A DNA stretch of 9,500 nucleotides from a virus (taxonomy: Duplodnaviria; Heunggongvirae; Uroviricota; Caudoviricetes): IMG/VR virus record IMGVR_UViG_2547132272_000020, positions 1-9,500 of that record, one strand, 5' to 3'. The notes under the pieces were generated by a model. That model was not told the origin of the DNA. It was given only the letters and a program-made list of their open reading frames with translations, and did no database searches. The translations under genes were made by a program, and so were the position numbers. Positions 1-5,164 of this stretch are shown here, one piece after another. How positions within the stretch are numbered: position 1 is the stretch's first letter; each line of letters opens with the position of its first letter.

Positions 1-738
1 AACACCACGGATTTTCAGTTCCCCGGTCATCAAATCACCAGATTTTTTTACATATCGCAGATCAAAATCTGAATAGATATTGCCGGGGTTTATCACGCTG
101 AAATAGCTTTTCTCGCTATCAAGAAGGCAAATCAAAGGAATACCCTTAATGATATCGTTCGCTACCAGCTCGGACTTGTTCCCCTTATAAAGCGGGAACG
201 TACCAAGAACCTTTCCGCCCAGTGTTAATTGAAGTGTCGCGGCATTGGTATTGTTCTGAACGGGGAAAACGATAATCGGGGTTCGTAGCGTCCAGTCTGT
301 ACCTCCATTAACAAAAAACGTCGCGGGAAGCTCCAGAGTCAGCGCGTTTGCAGTGCCGCCAGCAACTCCCGCAATATAATGACCACTCTGAAGCTGCGCT
401 ATCTGTACGAAATGGTTTTCCGAACCACGCGTGGCAAAGTTAGCCACAACGTCATTAAGGGACCAACCTTTCGCGGTTGTTCCTTCCTGCCCACGAATGA
501 CTTTCAACACATCACCGCTTACCGATACCAGGTGACAAATCTCAAATGCAGACTCTTTATTATCGGTAAGCGTAATTTTTGCATAGACACGTTGCCCGTT
601 CGATTTATTTTCAAAATCGGCAGAAAGCAATTTTGCAAATTTAGCCCCTGTACCGGGCATTACCGGAATATCAGTCTGAATCGTGGTGATATCACCAGCC
701 AGTGCTGAAACAACGTTATTGCCAAATCCAAGAATCAT
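1..738 (-). CDS. phage tail fiber protein, N-terminal part (partial; continues past window start)
   Basis: Minus-strand frame is open from the ATG at 738-736 through position 1; I checked all 246 codons and found no stop. The ATG overlaps the TGA of the upstream gene (ATGA). Translation starts MILGFGNNVVSALAGDITTIQTDIPVMPGTGAKFAKLL...KITLTDNKESAFEICHLVSVSGDVLKVIRGQEG... and contains ...SGDLMTGELKI..., which reads like the N-terminal region of enterobacterial myophage tail fibers. Position directly after the gp48/gpI-position gene fits. The family call is recollection, not a search. This ORF is absent from the supplied track because it runs off the window. Confidence 0.75.
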   Translation of the reverse strand, partial: MILGFGNNVVSALAGDITTIQTDIPVMPGTGAKFAKLLSADFENKSNGQRVYAKITLTDNKESAFEICHLVSVSGDVLKVIRGQEGTTAKGWSLNDVVANFATRGSENHFVQIAQLQSGHYIAGVAGGTANALTLELPATFFVNGGTDWTLRTPIIVFPVQNNTNAATLQLTLGGKVLGTFPLYKGNKSELVANDIIKGIPLICLLDSEKSYFSVINPGNIYSDFDLRYVKKSGDLMTGELKIRGV

Positions 739-1361
739 TTTTGAATCACCGTTGTTGCATAGGAATAAATAAAAGGGAGTTTTACATATTTCTGGTCAAT
801 GGCATCTTTCAGAAAATAGCCTATACCATCGCCATACTCTGGTATCTGAATAGAAAAAACGCTGTCCGATACTGTCACACTCACATCAAAAGTGTGCTGC
901 AACGGCGGGTCTATTCCGTTTTTTCCATGAATGAACCGCGCCACACGTCGCTTTAACCAGTCAATGCAGAAATGCGAACCGTCAGCCTTATAAAAATTCC
1001 ACGTTAATATTCGTTTGAAATAATCATCAGGTACATACGATGCCTGCCCCGGAACATAATTCCGCATTGCCGCATAAGGGATTGTATTGTATTCAATGGT
1101 ATCGTATGCGCCGCGTGCAATAGCCTCCTCGGAAACCTGTAGTAAAGGCCTTTCAACGCCATAAATCCCGAGTGCAATCCAGTCCAGCAATTGCCCGGTT
1201 ATTGATTCCGATGTCCAGCATGGCAATGCCAGATTGTTGAGTGAATCGAGGTATTCCTGAGCAATTTCATTGTATGCATCAAAGAACGCAACAACATTCG
1301 GATCATCTCTGTACTGCACAAATGGATAAGCAGGGAGAATTTTCTCAGTCAGATATTGCAT
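735..1361 (-). CDS. baseplate/tail protein in the Mu gp48 (DUF2313-type) or P2 gpI position
   Basis: The track gives 735..1469, but its first 36 codons lie inside the J-like gene. The ATG at 1361-1359 (MQYLTEKILPAYPFVQYRDDPNVVAFFDAYNEIAQEY...) is preceded by CAGGT about 8 nt upstream and overlaps the J-like stop by 17 nt. Its stop overlaps the tail-fiber ATG. Function is assigned mainly by synteny between baseplate J and tail fiber. Confidence 0.55.
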   Translation of the reverse strand: MQYLTEKILPAYPFVQYRDDPNVVAFFDAYNEIAQEYLDSLNNLALPCWTSESITGQLLDWIALGIYGVERPLLQVSEEAIARGAYDTIEYNTIPYAAMRNYVPGQASYVPDDYFKRILTWNFYKADGSHFCIDWLKRRVARFIHGKNGIDPPLQHTFDVSVTVSDSVFSIQIPEYGDGIGYFLKDAIDQKYVKLPFIYSYATTVIQK

Positions 1362-2571
1362 ACTTGTTGACCTGAACCTGTGATGCCACCGTTGAAAAAT
1401 AGGAATAGGTATCGCCATAAACCAGGCTTGTGTCTTTCGCCGGAAGAACAATATGGCCGTTAATACCAATGCTCACACTGATTGTTGAGATCAACGTCGC
1501 ATCAACCAGCAACCTGACGGAACTGGTAAAAATATCCTGGATACGCAGAAGATTTATCGGGTGTCCGACTTCAATTGAATTGATGTAATCAGCAACGTTT
1601 TGCTGCACAGCCATAGCAATACCCGCCGGATCAACATAATCATCAGACACCGTGTTCCAGGTGATTAGCACCATGACGTTTTGTGATGACGGGATAACGA
1701 ACGGCACCTGATAAACGTCCGGTGAAACGGTTATTGAAACCGTGCGTTTTTCCACTGCCGCACCGGATGGATTGCTAACATCGTTGGTCAGTTTCGAAAT
1801 ATCCGGTACAGATTTGTAAATCGCATAAGCCACATCATACGGATCACCGCCACCAACAACCGCAACCCATTTCCCCAGCGACGACTGCCGGAAAGAAATC
1901 AGGTTTTCTCGCACACCGCTTACTGATTTGAGCATCGCTTTAAAGCAATCCGGTGTTCCCTGCACACCAAACATGCCGGACTCCATAACTTCGGCGCGAT
2001 ATGATGCCCATGTCTGCGCCTCCTGACCGGGCATACCTGCGGTAAGGTTCGTGCATTTTACAGGCTGGTCTTTGGGTACTGATGTAATGACCTGCGTTAC
2101 AGTCCCTTCCGGTACAGCCCATGAGCCTGACGTTGTGGCCACACAGTAGACTGGCTCAGTCTGCCCGCTTTCCGGTACCACCGTATCGCGGGAAACCGCA
2201 TACTGGTAGTTACCATCTCCAACCACAAATCCTTTAGGGATACCAAACCCCGGCAACGCCTCAAACACCACGTATACCGCCGTATTTGTACTTAATCCCT
2301 TCTGTGCTCCATAAATGTTTCCGAGTTGCATCAGTAACGGAATATTTGCGCCGTATGGGCTTACGGAGTTAATAAGGTCCACCCGCGCCTGGTCTATTAA
2401 TGCCAGCGCCCCGACTGCCGTGCTGGCAAGGTCTGTAATAAGTCCCGCAGGAAGGTTGGCTGTATATCCAGGTACTTTTTCAGCAACTCTGGTGATAAGA
2501 TTTGCGAGCAAATCATTGGGTGGCGTAGGCTGCGCACCCGCACTGGTCATAGTAATTGGTATTTCTGACAT
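1345..2571 (-). CDS. baseplate J-like protein (Mu gp47 / P2 gpJ / T4 gp6 class)
   Basis: A 408-codon ORF (MSEIPITMTSAGAQPTPPNDLLANLITRVAEKVPGYTANLPAGLITDLASTAVGALALIDQARVDL...). Size and position (before the gp48-like and tail fiber genes) match the baseplate J family, and the N-terminal region resembles J-family proteins from memory. No recognisable Shine-Dalgarno precedes the ATG at 2571; the upstream sequence is AT-rich and is the antisense of the RBS of the divergent 158-aa gene. Confidence 0.7.
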   Translation of the reverse strand: MSEIPITMTSAGAQPTPPNDLLANLITRVAEKVPGYTANLPAGLITDLASTAVGALALIDQARVDLINSVSPYGANIPLLMQLGNIYGAQKGLSTNTAVYVVFEALPGFGIPKGFVVGDGNYQYAVSRDTVVPESGQTEPVYCVATTSGSWAVPEGTVTQVITSVPKDQPVKCTNLTAGMPGQEAQTWASYRAEVMESGMFGVQGTPDCFKAMLKSVSGVRENLISFRQSSLGKWVAVVGGGDPYDVAYAIYKSVPDISKLTNDVSNPSGAAVEKRTVSITVSPDVYQVPFVIPSSQNVMVLITWNTVSDDYVDPAGIAMAVQQNVADYINSIEVGHPINLLRIQDIFTSSVRLLVDATLISTISVSIGINGHIVLPAKDTSLVYGDTYSYFSTVASQVQVNKYAISD

Positions 2572-2608
2572 ATTTATTTATCACTTGAATACATTATAAG
2601 GAGATATA

Positions 2609-3085
2609 ATGCGGTTCTATTTCAACAAAAAAGGTCTTTCTGGTATTTCTGTATCAAGCGGAAGGAGTAGTGGTGGCTGTGGAACATTAATTGGAGTTGT
2701 CTTTATACTTTATTTAATTGGCCATTTTTCATCACCTTCCGATGAAGATATTAAAAATGAATCATCATCTTATAAGACAGCAGTCGTTAAAAGCGACAAA
2801 ATAATTTCCGAAATCTGCGATCAGTTTAGCACTGATGATTCCGCAAAAATATTTTTTAATTCAAATCTAAACAAACATTGGTATAAAACAAAAGTTAAAG
2901 TAAATTCACTATCAGATCAAAGATTATCTGCGATTGATTTCAAAAATCCAGAATTAAAGTATGAAATAAGAATGTCTGATTCAAGACCATTAAGAGTAGG
3001 GGATATTATTTCCGTTGAATTTGTACCTACTGAATTCAGTAAGTATTCATGCGAAATCAGTGGCACAATAGGTAAGTACAAGTAA
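2609..3085 (+). CDS. hypothetical membrane-anchored protein (AT-rich cargo gene); predicted basic N-terminus, one TM helix, ~115-aa C-terminal domain
   Basis: Strong RBS: AAGGAG ends about 7 nt before ATG 2609 (ttataaggagatataATG). The N-terminus MRFYFNKKGLSGISVSSGRSSGG is basic, followed by the hydrophobic stretch CGTLIGVVFILYLIGHF and then an acidic stretch SSPSDEDIKNESS. Stop TAA at 3083-3085 is followed immediately by a perfect hairpin terminator. Composition is markedly more A+T-rich than the tail genes. No family recognised. Confidence 0.65.
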   Translation: MRFYFNKKGLSGISVSSGRSSGGCGTLIGVVFILYLIGHFSSPSDEDIKNESSSYKTAVVKSDKIISEICDQFSTDDSAKIFFNSNLNKHWYKTKVKVNSLSDQRLSAIDFKNPELKYEIRMSDSRPLRVGDIISVEFVPTEFSKYSCEISGTIGKYK

Positions 3086-3090
3086 CCTCA

Positions 3091-3123
3091 AAAAAAACAG
3101 CCCGCTGAACGCGGGCTGTTTTT
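3091..3123. terminator. bidirectional intrinsic terminator between convergent cargo genes
   Basis: aaaaaaACAGCCCGCtgaacGCGGGCTGTttttt: a perfect 9-bp GC-rich stem (3097-3105 / 3111-3119) with a 5-nt loop, flanked by an A-run on one side and a T-run on the other, so each strand gets hairpin plus U-tract. It sits between the stop of the 158-aa gene (3085) and the stop of the minus-strand gene (3122-3124). Confidence 0.8.
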
Positions 3124-3511
3124 AATATACGCCACGAATAAGATCTTGGGTAAAAACATCACATCCTTCGCTACCTAATTGCAGTCTTTTCTTAAAGTAC
3201 TCAATAATACCGTCATTATGAACGCCATTTTTGGAAATTTTTAACCACGTATTGCTCCATTCTATACTTTGGAGTTTTGTTAAAGCCGCTTTTTCATTTC
3301 CTTCACTAACCAAGCGACACGATTCTGATAGTTGATCAGTTACAATCATTTCATTTCTCATATGCTGAAGCAATTGTCGCTGTTCTTCGCTTAAAGTAAC
3401 ATCTTGATTAGTAATGAGTCTTTCTGATTTTTCAATTGGCGTACCAATCGCACACCAAGAGACGAATAAAATTGTAAATAAAGGGAGTGTAATTTTTATA
3501 CTGACCGACAT
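3122..3511 (-). CDS. hypothetical secreted/periplasmic protein with N-terminal signal peptide (AT-rich cargo gene)
   Basis: The track gives 3122..3517 starting at a GTG. The ATG two codons downstream (3511-3509) is preceded by GAGGTG and gives MSVSIKITLPLFTILFVSWCAIG|TPIEKSERL...: short polar n-region with Lys, hydrophobic core, small residues before a likely signal peptidase I site. It is not a lipobox (no [GAS]-C). The mature part has two Cys. Composition is AT-rich. No family recognised. Confidence 0.6.
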   Translation of the reverse strand: MSVSIKITLPLFTILFVSWCAIGTPIEKSERLITNQDVTLSEEQRQLLQHMRNEMIVTDQLSESCRLVSEGNEKAALTKLQSIEWSNTWLKISKNGVHNDGIIEYFKKRLQLGSEGCDVFTQDLIRGVY

Positions 3512-3517
3512 AATCAC

Positions 3518-3830
3518 CTCATTATCAAATGTTCATGCGGATTTTATCAACGGTTTCCCTCTATTCAAATCAGACTTTACATCCATGAGCTATTGAGTAT
3601 GATTATGCGCATGAGGCGTCGAAACCTCTTTCACGCGGCCTAGACCAACCCCGTCAGTGTTGGATTTTTTATGCCTACAATTCAGTGATGGCACAATGTG
3701 CGGTCACATCCCCGATCAATGTCGGGAGGGCGACGAATACAACACCCGAAAGGGAAATAAGTCCGCGGTTTCGTGAAGCCGTTTCGAACCTCCTGGCACC
3801 ACAATTTCGAAAAAATTTCACGAGGTTTCT
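3518..3830. promoter_or_regulatory. divergent control region and long leader upstream of the antirepressor gene, with repeated motif and a hairpin plus T6
   Basis: Three copies of a motif TCGAAA(C)-N3-4-TTCACG: 3618-3635 (direct), 3772-3789 (inverted) and 3805-3822 (direct, abutting the GAGG Shine-Dalgarno of the antirepressor gene). Hairpin CCAAC-N8-GTTGG followed by ATTTTTT at 3646-3670. Candidate plus-strand sigma70 promoter TTTACA (3576-3581), 16-bp spacer, TATGAT (3598-3603). Direct repeats TTATCAA / TTATCAA / TATTCAAAT at 3522-3571. All sites are read by eye. Confidence 0.35.
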
Positions 3831-4388
3831 ATGACCAGCCAATTAATTCCCGTATTCAACGGCATTGTTTCAAACGAAACTACCCTTCTCTGCAACGCTC
3901 GCGATCTGCACACCTTTCTCGAAGTAGGTAAACGCTTTGCTACTTGGATCACCGAGCGAATCGGCGAGTATGAATTCATAGAAAATCAGGACTACATAGC
4001 TATTTCCCAAAAACGGGAAATAGGTCACGGACGAGGGAAAAAGGACTACCACCTCACCCTGGACACCGCCAAAGAACTGGCAATGGTCGAGCGCAACGAA
4101 AAAGGCCGCCAGATCCGCCGATACTTCATCGAGTGCGAGAAGAAGCTGCGCGAGGATACCACCAGCACACAATCCCCTCTGAATGTTGACATCATCATGC
4201 GCGTCAGAAACGGCTCGGTTACCCACATTGAGCACCACAAATCAGGCTCAGTTATAACCACAGAATGGGCAATTCACTTACTACGCAAAAGTGGATGGAT
4301 TGTCATGCCACGCGATGAACTTCTTAACACGCCACTGGCCCAACTGATGCCCGAAAATTTGACTCAAACCGGAACCTGCGTCCGGTAA
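3831..4388 (+). CDS. AntA/AntB-family phage antirepressor-like protein (185 aa)
   Basis: GAGG lies 5 nt before ATG 3831. The translation MTSQLIPVFNGIVSNETTLLCNARDLHTFLEVGKRFATWITERIGEYEFIENQDYIAISQ...KDYHLTLDTAKELAMVERNEKGRQIRRYFIECEKKLRE matches my recollection of the AntA N-terminal domain signature (LH.FLEVG..F..WI..RI..Y.F.E..D... YHLTLD.AKELAMVERNEKG...R.YFIECE) found in enterobacterial prophage antirepressors. Orientation is opposite to the tail genes. The 3' end overlaps the 3' end of the convergent gp25-like gene by 25 nt (4364-4388). Confidence 0.8.
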   Translation: MTSQLIPVFNGIVSNETTLLCNARDLHTFLEVGKRFATWITERIGEYEFIENQDYIAISQKREIGHGRGKKDYHLTLDTAKELAMVERNEKGRQIRRYFIECEKKLREDTTSTQSPLNVDIIMRVRNGSVTHIEHHKSGSVITTEWAIHLLRKSGWIVMPRDELLNTPLAQLMPENLTQTGTCVR

Positions 4389-4711
4389 CTGGTCCCATTA
4401 AAAAACACAACATCGATGTTATAGGTGGGGTTCTCTGCCCCATCTACCTTTGAAATTGCCAGCGATGCAAAATACCCGGCAAACTGTTGCTGAACCATGT
4501 TCACATAGTAGTCCGGGTAAATTTGCTGCACGATGCACTGCTGCGCTGGAATGCCGTAATTCGCGTAAAACGGCGACTCCCCCAACCCCAGCTTTAACGT
4601 CTGAATGAGCGTCGTCAGCCAGCCGTAGGAGAAATCACCGCTGGCGTCAGATTCTACAGCAACCCATTTTTTGTTGCCGTTCGCGTCGGTGACGCGGCCC
4701 CATGTTCTCAT
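4364..4711 (-). CDS. putative baseplate wedge protein, gp25 / P2 gpW / Mu gp46 class (115 aa)
   Basis: AAGG lies about 7 nt before ATG 4711. Size (115 aa) and position between the spike and baseplate J genes fit gp25-like proteins. The segment GLGESPFYANYGIP has the same G-E-(6 residues)-Y-G-x-P spacing as the signature I recall from gpW/TssE-type proteins (for example ...GSRVMRRDYGS... in P2 gpW). This is recollection and needs a profile search. Confidence 0.5.
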   Translation of the reverse strand: MRTWGRVTDANGNKKWVAVESDASGDFSYGWLTTLIQTLKLGLGESPFYANYGIPAQQCIVQQIYPDYYVNMVQQQFAGYFASLAISKVDGAENPTYNIDVVFFNGTSYRTQVPV

Positions 4712-4714
4712 GCG

Positions 4715-4879
4715 TCAACCTTTCAAGTAAATTAGGGTACCGGTAGCCAGAGCGGTACAAATGATCCACGCTACTGGAGTCAGAATATGCCGAATACCCT
4801 GACATACTGCGATTATTCTCGCAGCCTTATCAGCTCCTTGTGGGGTTGTCTCAGCCTTAAGAATCAGTTCGCTATCCAT
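4715..4879 (-). CDS. small hypothetical membrane peptide B (54 aa), translationally coupled to the downstream gp25-like gene
   Basis: Not in the track (below size cutoff). ATG 4879-4877 is preceded by AAAGG 6 nt upstream. Translation MDSELILKAETTPQGADKAARIIAVCQGIRHILTPVAWIICTALATGTLIYLKG: polar N-half and a ~21-residue hydrophobic C-terminal segment. Its TGA stop (4717-4715) lies 3 nt before the ATG of the 115-aa gene. Its start overlaps the stop of ORF A by 8 nt. Confidence 0.4.
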   Translation of the reverse strand: MDSELILKAETTPQGADKAARIIAVCQGIRHILTPVAWIICTALATGTLIYLKG

Positions 4880-5039
4880 TTAGAACCTTTATGATCTCTG
4901 CGATTCCCGGAAGCGATTTAGCAACTGCAAACCCTCCGATAACTATAAGAACTGCATAAAACATTCTTCTCAGAACCGGACTTCTTTCGAGCAATTTTAG
5001 AGCTTCCACAATCCAGTCTCCTCCGCTAAAATTAATCAC
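4872..5039 (-). CDS. small hypothetical membrane peptide A (55 aa from GTG; 30 aa if started at the internal ATG 4964)
   Basis: Not in the track. GTG 5039-5037 is preceded by GGAGG with a 6-nt spacer (TTGGAGGTCTTCCGTG). Translation (M)INFSGGDWIVEALKLLERSPVLRRMFYAVLIVIGGFAVAKSLPGIAEIIKVLNG, with a hydrophobic C-terminal segment. Stop TAG is at 4874-4872. Start codon choice is uncertain. Confidence 0.35.
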   Translation of the reverse strand: MINFSGGDWIVEALKLLERSPVLRRMFYAVLIVIGGFAVAKSLPGIAEIIKVLNG

Positions 5040-5084
5040 GGAAGACCTCCAAACATACGTAATTATCCCTTGCCTTATTCAAGG

Positions 5085-5126
5085 TCAGAAACAGAAAGCC
5101 CCGACTGTTTGCCCAGTCGGGGCTTT
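5085..5126 (-). terminator. intrinsic terminator downstream of the spike gene (hairpin is symmetric enough to act on both strands)
   Basis: AAAGCCCCGACTG tttgcc CAGTCGGGGCTTT: perfect 13-bp stem (5095-5107 / 5114-5126) with a 6-nt loop. On the minus strand it is followed by UUUCUGUUUCUG (5094-5085). It lies 39 nt after the spike stop (5165). Confidence 0.7.
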
Positions 5127-5164
5127 CGCTTTATGGATAGAATTTAAAGTGAAATGAACCGGTA

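Noticed and set aside
379-956. Plus-strand ORFs 379..708 and 702..956 from the track
   Set aside because: They lie antisense inside the open minus-strand tail fiber and gp48-like reading frames, have no RBS, and their translations are low-complexity Arg/Cys/Phe-rich. Typical shadow ORFs.
1362-1469. Upstream extension of the gp48-like ORF to the start at 1469 (244 aa)
   Set aside because: It would overlap the baseplate-J gene by 125 nt in another frame. The ATG at 1361 with an SD-like CAGGT gives a conventional 17-nt overlap.
1940-2599. ORFs 1940..2122 (-) and 2315..2599 (+)
   Set aside because: Nested in or antisense to the baseplate-J coding region, with no initiation signals.
2605-2610. 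Perfect TATAAT hexamer
   Set aside because: It overlaps the ATG of the 158-aa gene and has no -35 at workable spacing; likely incidental in AT-rich DNA.
3414-3596. Plus-strand 60-aa ORF
   Set aside because: Antisense to the N-terminus of the secreted-protein gene, and no RBS.
3794-3810. Sigma54-like TGGCAC-N5-TTTCG upstream of the antirepressor gene
   Set aside because: The -24 element is perfect but the conserved GC of the -12 element is replaced by TC, and no enhancer-binding protein context is seen. Probably chance.
3688-3834. 48-codon upstream ORF in the antirepressor leader whose TGA overlaps the antirepressor ATG (ATGA)
   Set aside because: No Shine-Dalgarno upstream of its ATG and no distinctive composition; it cannot be distinguished from a chance ORF without ribosome profiling. 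Kept in mind only as a possible leader peptide.
3870-4261. Minus-strand ORFs 3870..4238 and 4046..4261
   Set aside because: Antisense to the well-supported antirepressor gene; no RBS.
4787-4894. Plus-strand 35-codon ORF with GGAG 7 nt upstream
   Set aside because: Antisense to small ORF B. The minus-strand ORFs have better RBSs, clear hydrophobic segments and stop/start coupling with the next gene. Not fully excluded.
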